Source of the DNA: Candidatus Kuenenia stuttgartensis
Lineage (GTDB): Bacteria > Planctomycetota > Brocadiia > Brocadiales > Brocadiaceae
Length of the DNA stretch: 32,000 bases
Assembly: GCF_900232105.1 (NCBI RefSeq)
Contig: NZ_LT934425.1
Coordinates: 3,480,001-3,512,000 of the forward strand
Reading direction: 5' to 3'
Shown piece after piece: positions 15,720 through 23,427 of the stretch. Numbering within the stretch: position 1 is the stretch's first letter; each line of letters starts with the position of its first letter. The position numbers and the translations under genes are program-made. The notes below the pieces were generated by a model that saw nothing but the letters and a program-made list of their open reading frames with translations, made no database searches and was not told where the DNA came from.

Positions 15720-17033
15720 ATGCCCATAAAACAGAATGCCATTGAAATTGTAAAAACATTGCAGGATAAAGGTTTTGATGCCCTTTTTGCGGGCGGATGT
15801 GTGCGCGATATGATTATGAGGAGGGAATCTGCCGATTACGATATTGCCACGAATGCCCTTCCCCATGACGTTATGAATCTCTTTAAAAAAACTTTTTCCG
15901 TAGGTACGCAATATGGCGTGGTGGTTGTTGTAAAAGATGGACATAATTTTGAGGTTGCTACATTTCGCACAGAAAAATCTTATAGTGACGGGCGGCATCC
16001 GGATTATGTATCCTTCAGCACTGCCGAAGAAGATGTAAGGCGTAGGGATTTTACCATTAACGGACTGTTGTATGACCCGGTGAAAAAGGAAATGCTCGAT
16101 TATGTGGGAGGCAGGGACGATATTGCCGCGGGTATTATCAGGACAATTGGCGACCCTGTTGAACGGTTAACTGAGGACAAGTTGCGCATGATACGTGCAG
16201 TCCGCTTTGCGTGCCGGTTTAATTTTCATATCCATGAGGAAACAAGACAGGCGATTATAAACCTTGCGCCGCAGATTCATGTAGTCAGCGCAGAACGTAT
16301 TCGTGAAGAGTTGCAAAAAATTATTACCGGACCAAACCCGCATCTTGGGATTCAACTGCTGGATGAGCTTTGCCTTTTGCGCGAAATACTTCCTGAGGTA
16401 TCAGAAATGAAAGGAGTCCGGCAGCCTGAAAATTTCCACCCGGAGGGAGATGTTTTTACGCATACTTTGTTATGCCTTTCTAAAATGGAAAATCCTTCGT
16501 GGACGCTGGCAATGGGCGTGTTGCTGCATGATATCGGGAAGCCACGGACGTTTCAGGAACTAGACCGCATTCGGTTCAATTTGCATGAAAAAGTAGGAGC
16601 TGATATTACCGCTAAAATCTGCAATCGTTTAAAGACTTCCAACGCCGATAAGGAACGAATTATCTGGCTTGTTTTGAAACATCTTTGTTTTAAAGATGCT
16701 AAGAAAATGAGGCTTAACAAACTGAAACGGCTCTTTGCCCATGAAGCATACAAAGAACTTGAGGAATTATGCAGGATTGATGCCCTTGCGAGTTCTGGCG
16801 ATTTATCGGACTACTATTTTTGCCGTGAGATGTTTGAAAAACTATCGAAGGAGGAGGTTAAGCCAAAGCCACTAATTACCGGACATGATCTTATTGCGAT
16901 TGGATTAACCCCGGGTCCTGCATTTAAGCATATTCTGACAAAGATTGAAGATGAACAGCTTGATGGAAATATAACAACAAAAGAGGAAGCACTCAAAAAA
17001 GCACAGGAGCTAGCCTGCGCGGATGCCGGATGA
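15720..17033 (+). CDS. cca: CCA-adding tRNA nucleotidyltransferase (class II) with an HD domain
   Basis: It has the head domain FFAGGCVRDMIMRRESADYDIAT, RRDFTINGLLYD, ERLTEDKLRMIRAVRF and the HD motif LLHDIGKP. Confidence 0.88.
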   Translation: MPIKQNAIEIVKTLQDKGFDALFAGGCVRDMIMRRESADYDIATNALPHDVMNLFKKTFSVGTQYGVVVVVKDGHNFEVATFRTEKSYSDGRHPDYVSFSTAEEDVRRRDFTINGLLYDPVKKEMLDYVGGRDDIAAGIIRTIGDPVERLTEDKLRMIRAVRFACRFNFHIHEETRQAIINLAPQIHVVSAERIREELQKIITGPNPHLGIQLLDELCLLREILPEVSEMKGVRQPENFHPEGDVFTHTLLCLSKMENPSWTLAMGVLLHDIGKPRTFQELDRIRFNLHEKVGADITAKICNRLKTSNADKERIIWLVLKHLCFKDAKKMRLNKLKRLFAHEAYKELEELCRIDALASSGDLSDYYFCREMFEKLSKEEVKPKPLITGHDLIAIGLTPGPAFKHILTKIEDEQLDGNITTKEEALKKAQELACADAG

Positions 17034-17091
17034 TAAAATTCTTAGACAAGATTATTACTTACAGAGTATTTTCCAGCAAGCACGAAATAAA

Positions 17092-17217
17092 AAATACGAA
17101 ATTCTAAATACGCAACAAATTTCAACATCCTACCCCTCCTTACCTCCGCCAAAGGGGGAGAATGTCCCCCGTTGGCGGGGGTGCAGGGGGTGGATTTGTA
17201 TTTAGCATTTCGTATTT
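17092..17217. repeat. 126-bp long palindromic element with a G-run/C-run core
   Basis: The outer arms AAATACGAAATTCTAAATAC (17092-17111) and GTATTTAGCATTTCGTATTT (17198-17217) are complementary at 19 of 20 positions. The core TACCCCTCCTTACCTCCGCCAAAGGGGGAGAATGTCCCCCGTTGGCGGGGGTGCAGGGGGTGG is itself an imperfect hairpin. A solo arm-like copy lies at 24740-24770. Confidence 0.7.
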
Positions 17218-17265
17218 CACCAGTTAATATTTTGCAAAAAATGCAAAAAAATTACTGGCAAGGTA

Positions 17266-17622
17266 CTAATTAGCCGGTGCTGATTGCAATGTCTGCTGCT
17301 CCGGGCTTGCAACCATTCTAATCATCTCTAAATATCTGTTCTCCCTCTTTAGTAAATTTATATCATTGGTTTGCGTTTGATAACCTTCTTTCTCATATTT
17401 GATTGTATAGGTTCCTACCTTCAGGGAAAGGGAATAACTACCGCTGCCGGAGGATTCTTCGCTATAGGCTCGATAATCGTCTTTGGCAGATATCTTAACC
17501 TTAGATAGACCTTTGTTGTCGGTATTATATACATACCCATAAATGTCCGCTGATGCGGAGGTTATCTTTGCAGTACTATACACGAATAAACTCAAAACCA
17601 TTAATACCAACAATTTCTTCAC
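17266..17622 (-). CDS. small secreted protein with a carboxypeptidase-regulatory-like (CarboxypepD_reg) beta-sandwich domain
   Basis: It has the signal peptide MKKLLVLMVLSLFVYSTAKITSASA, then IYGYVYNTDNKGLSKVKISAKDD...GSYSLSLKVGTYTIKYEKEGYQ. The GTG start has AAGGAG 8 nt upstream. Confidence 0.6.
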   Translation of the reverse strand: MKKLLVLMVLSLFVYSTAKITSASADIYGYVYNTDNKGLSKVKISAKDDYRAYSEESSGSGSYSLSLKVGTYTIKYEKEGYQTQTNDINLLKRENRYLEMIRMVASPEQQTLQSAPAN

Positions 17623-17993
17623 AGACTGTTCTCCTTGTATAAAATTACCCTTTACCTTACACCATGACGACGAAATGGTGGATTCGTAAATATACTTATC
17701 GTGGTTACAAAAGAAATGCCGAAGTTAAGCAAAACAAGCGGCACTCTTTTCAAAGAACCTCGCTTCGTTTGTTTCCATATACTGGGGAATTAATAACCTT
17801 TTGTGGCGTGCATTGCTGTCTTTTTGCTTTAACTACAGGTTTTAGCAGGTTGATAATTTTTGAAATCTGACGAGAGCTTGTGTTTGATTGTAGAGGCAAT
17901 CGTTGTTTAACGCAACACAAATCTACCAAGGTCATTTTACCCTATTGCTTCAAAGTCTTTAAAACAAACAAAAAACTAAAGTATCATCGAAAA

Positions 17994-18135
17994 GGGTGTA
18001 TTCCCGATTTTTTGTGATTTCCGCCATGTTTTAATGAAACGTTGCAGTAGTGTTAACCCTGACAGGGTTTCAAACCCTGTCAGGGTTGTTTTGCCCCGAC
18101 TCCATGAACGCTTACAAACAATCGGGAATGCACCC
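17994..18135. mobile_element. MITE-like element, family A, copy 2 (142 bp)
   Basis: The termini are GGGTGTATTCCCGATTTTTT and AACAATCGGGAATGCACCC. They are flanked by the 9-bp direct repeat CATCGAAAA (17985-17993 and 18136-18144). The interior carries a perfect hairpin AACCCTGACAGGGTTTG/CAAACCCTGTCAGGGTT (18054-18087) preceded by GTAG (18047-18050). Confidence 0.75.
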
Positions 18136-18179
18136 CATCGAAAAAGTAAATTCCAGGACAGCCTGTTAAGAGGATAGTC

Positions 18180-18575
18180 CTATCTCATAAAATCTTTTAG
18201 TTGATTATCGTCGTTCTTTTTCTTTTCTGCGATATAATCCTCTATAATCTTCCTTTCGTAAGGGGGTACCTCGCCGAACTGAACGGCGAATTTATAACTA
18301 TCATATGCATTTGTTTTGGTGGAATGATCGATACGAATGGCAGTCCCCTGTAATCGTAACTGATGAGATTCAAATGTACTCATTGGCAGTTTGAAGGCTA
18401 TTTGTACTTTTGTCTTCAGAGGGAGAAATTCTTCTAACACGCAATGTGCTCCCCCGCAACTCAGGTTTAATATCATCCCTTCGAGCGAATTATAATATGC
18501 GCTGATTATCACGAGGATGCAGGTGTTTATTCGTTGATGTTCACGTCTTTGTTCAAAATCGTTATTTTCTTTCAT
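18180..18575 (-). CDS. PilZ-domain protein (putative c-di-GMP receptor)
   Basis: Both PilZ signatures are present: RRxxxR (QRREHQR) and N-x-S-x-x-G (NLSCGG). Confidence 0.75.
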   Translation of the reverse strand: MKENNDFEQRREHQRINTCILVIISAYYNSLEGMILNLSCGGAHCVLEEFLPLKTKVQIAFKLPMSTFESHQLRLQGTAIRIDHSTKTNAYDSYKFAVQFGEVPPYERKIIEDYIAEKKKNDDNQLKDFMR

Positions 18576-18661
18576 GTCGATTCTTTCTCTATTAATGACA
18601 GTAAGATGGTTCGTCTAAAGAAAAAAGGGAAAGCCTTCATAATTGTTTTCTCAATCCTCAA

Positions 18662-18687
18662 TCCGCAGTCTGCAATTTGCCGACTGC
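18662..18687. repeat. short repeat 'C' copy 1 (TCCGCAGTCTGCAATTTGCCGACTGC)
   Basis: It contains the hairpin GCAGTC-N11-GACTGC. The 22-nt core CAGTCTGCAATTTGCCGACTGC is identical at 27009-27030. It lies just downstream of the stop of the TRASH-like gene on the minus strand. Confidence 0.6.
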
Positions 18688-18706
18688 TGATTGTTGCAGA
18701 GGCATA

Positions 18707-19123
18707 TTACTCATCCGGTTCAAAGGGGTCATCTACAATCCTTCCGTTAAATTTGTCCATGTGGATTTGCGCATATTCTCTTTGTTGAAATACGTGGATG
18801 CGATTATCGTTGGTTTCATTGGTAATGAGTTCGCTCTCAACAAAATGTGCCATGTAGGAATCTATCTTATTGCCGCGTATTTCGTCAGTGACAATAACGT
18901 GGTCAACAGCGTGTTTATTTTTTTTAAACCATTGCACGGCACAGTAGATGGAGCAAAACCTTTTAATACCGCTATCCTTCAGAACGATTTCAACTTCGTA
19001 AATGGGCGTAACCGGAGAGCCATCATAATCGCAGCGGGGATATTTTACATATTTTTGATAAAATACCCCAAGGGTTGCAATTATAAGAAAGAGGGCAATG
19101 CCTGAGCAGAATTTTTTTGTCAT
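18707..19123 (-). CDS. membrane-anchored small protein with a TRASH/YHS-like Cys motif
   Basis: It has an N-terminal TM anchor (GIALFLIIATLGVFY) and then C-X25-C-X3-C (RCDYDG...KRFCSIYCAVQWF). The FCSxxCxxxF context matches the ATPase N-terminus in this window ([11 protein letters not shown]). Its start lies 1 nt after the upstream gene's stop. Confidence 0.6.
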   Translation of the reverse strand: MTKKFCSGIALFLIIATLGVFYQKYVKYPRCDYDGSPVTPIYEVEIVLKDSGIKRFCSIYCAVQWFKKNKHAVDHVIVTDEIRGNKIDSYMAHFVESELITNETNDNRIHVFQQREYAQIHMDKFNGRIVDDPFEPDE

Positions 19124-19124
19124 A

Positions 19125-20150
19125 TCACGTTAAAACGAGGTGTATTGTTACCATTAATAATGACGTCAACAAACAAAACAGGGATAAACTGTTTATCCGT
19201 GCTGTGAATAGTTCAATTATCTGCTTCGAAGAAGAGTTTTTACCAAGAATACGTAGTATGTTTATCCAGCCGATGCCGAAAATGCCAATGATAAATAATC
19301 CAAGCATGATAGATGCATCCGGCACTATGCCATTCCCTATAAAACAATACAGGCAATGGTGAAAGGGGAGTTGCATAAGTTTCGGTGCGATTATTTCAAT
19401 GAAAGAGAGCAGCGTAACAGGAATGTTTAGGAGACCTGTTCCCGATTGGAGATAAAGCAATGTCTTGTCTGACACAGGTATCAAATGTCTCCATCTTTTT
19501 GAAAGGGGGAAAAATAACAGGATGATAAGGATAATGTTTATAGAATAATAAAGAAGGAATAATGCCTTATCAAAATTTTCCCCGAATATGGCCTGGGGGA
19601 TCATGGCGGAAGGGCGCAATGGAACGTCAAAGAAGGTAGCGCAACAGGAAACAGATATAAGAGGTTTCATTGACAGCAGGTAATAGACGTCAGCGCCGCT
19701 GTCAACAAAGAGTATTACGCATATGGGAATGAGAAAAAGCAATATTTTTCTGGTGAACGGTGATGTGGGATGCGCCTTATCCGCATAATAACAAAAAATC
19801 CACCCCCCCATGATGAAAAATGAAATGGGTTTTATGATTTGAAGGAAAGCGGATGTAGCGGGTAAAATCTGCGTTACGCCAAATATGCACATTGCACCCG
19901 GTACTTCAGGCACAAAGCTTTGGAGCATAAAGTAAAACCATGGCCACGCAAGCATTCGTATGCCGATGACGACGCACGCTATCAGGAATATCAGGTATCC
20001 TTTTTGTTCATATTTTGTTTTTGATTCTAATGGAACAAGGGCATCAAATGCCAGAATCGCTCTGAGTGTTGTGAAAAGGAGGACCCCCCCCAGAGAGAGC
20101 GAAACGGCAGCAATAAACAACATAATAATGGTGTAGATGTTAATAATCAT
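19125..20150 (-). CDS. polytopic membrane protein (about 9 TM) with conserved-looking Cys/His motifs; function unknown
   Basis: The hydrophobic periodicity is consistent throughout. Motifs AMCIFG, SVSCCATFFD and PFHHCLYCF are present. Its ATG overlaps the ATPase stop (ATGA). Confidence 0.7.
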   Translation of the reverse strand: MIINIYTIIMLFIAAVSLSLGGVLLFTTLRAILAFDALVPLESKTKYEQKGYLIFLIACVVIGIRMLAWPWFYFMLQSFVPEVPGAMCIFGVTQILPATSAFLQIIKPISFFIMGGWIFCYYADKAHPTSPFTRKILLFLIPICVILFVDSGADVYYLLSMKPLISVSCCATFFDVPLRPSAMIPQAIFGENFDKALFLLYYSINIILIILLFFPLSKRWRHLIPVSDKTLLYLQSGTGLLNIPVTLLSFIEIIAPKLMQLPFHHCLYCFIGNGIVPDASIMLGLFIIGIFGIGWINILRILGKNSSSKQIIELFTARINSLSLFCLLTSLLMVTIHLVLT

Positions 20151-20809
20151 TGGAGCCTGCCATTTCTCATGGTAAATGTTTCATCCGCAATTTCCTTAAA
20201 ACGGGGGTCATGTGCTGCTACAACGATAGTAGCGCCTCTGTTTTTTAATTCAATCAGTGTATTCATCAGTTTTACGCATGTTTCTTCATCAATATTAGAC
20301 GTCGGTTCGTCAGCAATAATGATTCCGGGATTATTTATCAGCGCCCGTGCAATTGCAACGCGCTGCTGCTGTCCGCCGCTGAGTTCTTCCGGTGTATGGG
20401 TCACTCTCTCTCCCAGATCCATCATATCTAAAAGTGTCTTTGCCCTTTTGAAACGTTCTTTTGTGCCAATCCCCACAGGAATGAGCGGATACGAAACGTT
20501 TTCCCAGCTTGGTAGTCTGGGAATAAGCATAAAATCCTGGAAGATAAAACCGATCTTTTCGCGCCGCAATACAGAAAGGGCGATATCGGAAAATGCGGTG
20601 ATTTCCTCTTCGTTAATAAATACTTTACCGGTAGTTGGTCTGTCTAACGTCCCGATAATGTTGAGCAATGTGGTCTTGCCAGAACCCGAAGGCCCTTTCA
20701 GTACGACAAAACTATTTTTGGCGATAGTGAGATTTACCTCCTCTACGGCACGTACTTCGTGTTTTGTGTTAGCGTTATACCATTTGCGTATGTTTTCCAT
20801 CCGTATCAT
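20147..20809 (-). CDS. ABC transporter ATP-binding protein (MacB/LolD/FtsE-like)
   Basis: It has Walker A GPSGSGKTT, the signature LSGGQQQRVAIARAL and Walker B IIIADEPT. I prefer the ATG at 20809 (MIRMENIRKW), which overlaps the permease stop (TAATG), over the track start at 20851. Confidence 0.9.
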   Translation of the reverse strand: MIRMENIRKWYNANTKHEVRAVEEVNLTIAKNSFVVLKGPSGSGKTTLLNIIGTLDRPTTGKVFINEEEITAFSDIALSVLRREKIGFIFQDFMLIPRLPSWENVSYPLIPVGIGTKERFKRAKTLLDMMDLGERVTHTPEELSGGQQQRVAIARALINNPGIIIADEPTSNIDEETCVKLMNTLIELKNRGATIVVAAHDPRFKEIADETFTMRNGRLQ

Positions 20810-21957
20810 TATTTCATTGCAACAACCGGTGATTCGGTTGAAGCCCTCCACGAGGAATAGATGCTCCCTACCATGGTTAAGAGAAAGGCAAAGAAAAAAC
20901 CCAGCAAAAGCGGCAGCGGAAGGAATTTCGAAGGCACGTTAAACTTGGGCAAAAGGGTTGTTTCTGAAATGAAAAATTGACCAATGAACGCACCGTTGAA
21001 TACCCTGATCCAAAGGATTGATACAATAATTGCTATGGTCGCCCCTAGCAGGCTGATGAGTAATTGTTCAAAAGTAATGAGTTCCAGCACTTCGAGCGTA
21101 TTCCATCCGGTTGCTTTCATAATGCCTATCTCTTTTCTCCGGTCCGACAATCCGAAGCCTGATGCTACAAGAATTGCAGGTATGCCCAGGGCAAAGGCGA
21201 CAACATATAATGCGGTAAAAAGCCCTTCTTTCAGCAAAAATCCCTTTTTTACAAATAGTTCAATAATATGTTTATCCTGCAAGCGGTAAGGTTCGTTCAT
21301 TAATAGCGTATACAAATCAGTGGCTATCTCCGCATTGTGCCCGGGGATGCTGTATATTTGTATGTCCGTGGCGACGTCAGTCCTTCCGAACAATTCCCCT
21401 GCATCTTTAAAAGACATAAAGAGCAGGGAAGCACCCCAAATGCCCGAGTCTGCGGAGAACATTCCTACGACAGTAAACACCTTTCGTTGCTGTCCGCGCA
21501 TGCTGAACTGATCGCCAATGCGCAATTGAAAATGCCGGGCTAATTCGTTGCCTACGACGACTTCATCAGGGTTTTCAAACATCCTTCCGGAAATACACGA
21601 CACGGAATCAGGGACGTCTTTTTCACTGATTCCAACGATTACCGCCAGTTTGTTTTGAAAATAAGCCCTGCCTATAATGCGCGGCACTGCCTTTTTAACC
21701 CCGAAAATATGCCTGATTCCTTCCAGATATTTCAATGGAACAGAGGTGTTTCTGCCGAATTCATCAAATGTAAGGTAGAGATCGCCTCCTTCGTTAACCG
21801 AGACAAGGGATTGCGCACGTATTCCGTCAGAAATGGAAATTGCGGTAATAAAAGGCGTCACAATTGCTATTATACAAAGACATACCACAACGGTCTTTGC
21901 CCTGTGCCGTAACAGATTTTCACTTGCGAGCAGAAGTAAATTAATATGTTTATTCAA
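20809..21957 (-). CDS. ABC transporter permease, FtsX/MacB-type
   Basis: It has an N-terminal TM, a periplasmic domain of about 220 aa, and then the FtsX region RRKEIGIMKATGWNTLEVL with 3 C-terminal TMs. The start is TTG. Confidence 0.85.
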   Translation of the reverse strand: MNKHINLLLLASENLLRHRAKTVVVCLCIIAIVTPFITAISISDGIRAQSLVSVNEGGDLYLTFDEFGRNTSVPLKYLEGIRHIFGVKKAVPRIIGRAYFQNKLAVIVGISEKDVPDSVSCISGRMFENPDEVVVGNELARHFQLRIGDQFSMRGQQRKVFTVVGMFSADSGIWGASLLFMSFKDAGELFGRTDVATDIQIYSIPGHNAEIATDLYTLLMNEPYRLQDKHIIELFVKKGFLLKEGLFTALYVVAFALGIPAILVASGFGLSDRRKEIGIMKATGWNTLEVLELITFEQLLISLLGATIAIIVSILWIRVFNGAFIGQFFISETTLLPKFNVPSKFLPLPLLLGFFFAFLLTMVGSIYSSWRASTESPVVAMK

Positions 21958-22124
21958 AACAAAAAAATACCCGGTTGTTTAATGCGTAATGGATAAGAAT
22001 GCCTGAAGGCCATAACGTGCTATTCGTAATATTGCAGAGAAAGATTGTACAAAGTGTTTGGAGATTTATTTTAATCCAATAATTTTGGCTTTGCAAGGGT
22101 GTTTCATAGAGAAAGAAATAAGGT

Positions 22125-22166
22125 CTATGAACTATGAACTATGAACTATGAACTATCAACTATCAA
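22125..22166. repeat. tandem heptanucleotide repeat, (CTATGAA)x4 then (CTATCAA)x2
   Basis: Six contiguous 7-mers can be read directly. The last two units encode the final codons and the stop of the M48 protease gene on the minus strand (IDS*). Confidence 0.9.
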
Positions 22167-23421
22167 TTAATTCTTTATTCTTCCTTCGCCTGATCGATTG
22201 TATTCTTTCCAATATCGGCGGATGGGAATAATGAAAAGCCGCGTAGAGTGGATGTGGATAGAGATTGGAAAGATTATCCTTTGAGAGCTTTACAAGCATG
22301 TTTATCATGCTCTTATTGTCCTTTGTCATTTCATAAGAAAACGCATCCGCCTCATATTCGTGTTTCCGGGAAAAATAGTGTGAAAGGGGGCTGAAGGGGA
22401 ATGCTGCTATAGAGCCTAAAAATCCAATGATAACAATCTTCGCAAAAAAAGTGCTTTCCTTCAATTGGAAGAGCTGTATCAGGCCTTCTTTCTGCATTAT
22501 ATTGAATGAAATAAACATTACAATAATTGCAATAATTTCAGAAACAATAAGGTGTTTCATAAGATGTTTTTTCTTCCAGTGTCCTGCTTCATGTGCAAGT
22601 ACTGCAATAATTTCGTCTTTTTCCATCTGCCCGATAAGCGTATCATAAAGAACGATCCTTTTTACTTTTCCAATGCCGGTAAAATAGGCGTTCGTGTGCT
22701 TCGTTCTCTTTGATGCGTCCATTTGGAAGACGCTCTTTACTTTAATGCCCACCTTTTGCATAAGTTCCCTTATCCCTTTTTGAAGCGATTCGTCTTCTAC
22801 GGGAGTAAATGTGTTAAAGATAGGCGCTATTACATACGGGAATATATACATCATGAGAATGCTGAATAATAAGAAAAAGCACCATATCCAGAACCACCAT
22901 AAACCAGGGCTGGCCTGTACGATGAAAAATCCCGTTGCGATTATGAAAGAAACCATGATGGTTGTTATTAAAAGTGATTTCCACAAGTCTGTTATCCATA
23001 GCTTCATTGTTGTGGTTGTGAAGCCATATTTATTCTCAATGACAAATGTATGGTACAGTTTGAAGGGAATCATCAAAACGGTATCTGCATAAAGCAGTAT
23101 CAGGAAGAAGACTAACCCTGATACAATGAAGGGCATTTTCAAAGATACAATCCATGAGTTGTAACTATCAAGCAAACCGCCAAATAGAAAGGCCAGCAGA
23201 ATTGCGTTATGGAAGAGAGAACTTACAAAATTGAACTTTGTGTTTTCAATAACGTACCTTTGCGTCTTATTGAGTAATTCCTGGTCTATGTAGCCCTCGA
23301 AGTCCGGAGGGATTTTGTTCCCATGTTTCTTTAAGTGGGAAAGATTAAGGTAATCTAGCCAGTACCCCGCAATTACCACAAAGATATATGCTGACAATAC
23401 AATGATGAGATAGTTATTCAT
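22156..23421 (-). CDS. M48-family zinc metalloprotease (Ste24/CAAX prenyl protease-like)
   Basis: HEAGHWKKKH (HExxH) is present, with the downstream EYEADAF and a multi-TM N-terminal half. The length of 421 aa is typical of Ste24-type enzymes. Confidence 0.88.
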   Translation of the reverse strand: MNNYLIIVLSAYIFVVIAGYWLDYLNLSHLKKHGNKIPPDFEGYIDQELLNKTQRYVIENTKFNFVSSLFHNAILLAFLFGGLLDSYNSWIVSLKMPFIVSGLVFFLILLYADTVLMIPFKLYHTFVIENKYGFTTTTMKLWITDLWKSLLITTIMVSFIIATGFFIVQASPGLWWFWIWCFFLLFSILMMYIFPYVIAPIFNTFTPVEDESLQKGIRELMQKVGIKVKSVFQMDASKRTKHTNAYFTGIGKVKRIVLYDTLIGQMEKDEIIAVLAHEAGHWKKKHLMKHLIVSEIIAIIVMFISFNIMQKEGLIQLFQLKESTFFAKIVIIGFLGSIAAFPFSPLSHYFSRKHEYEADAFSYEMTKDNKSMINMLVKLSKDNLSNLYPHPLYAAFHYSHPPILERIQSIRRRKNKELIDS

Positions 23422-23427
23422 ACCTGT

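Noticed and set aside
17150-17195. The G5 runs could form a G-quadruplex.
   Set aside because: There are only three long G-runs plus GG doublets, and complementary C-runs on the same strand favour an ordinary hairpin.
17023-17205. A 60-aa ORF overlapping the cca stop.
   Set aside because: It runs through the palindromic repeat element. Its G-run-encoded tail (PRWRGCRGW) is typical repeat translation.
18677-19105. A 142-aa + strand ORF.
   Set aside because: It is antisense to the TRASH-like gene. That gene has a membrane anchor and a Cys motif, and is translationally coupled to the upstream operon.
20169-20942. A 257-aa ORF on the + strand.
   Set aside because: It is antisense to the ABC ATPase and the end of the permease. 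The minus strand carries Walker A, signature and Walker B motifs, and the + strand product is low-complexity Ser/Ile-rich.
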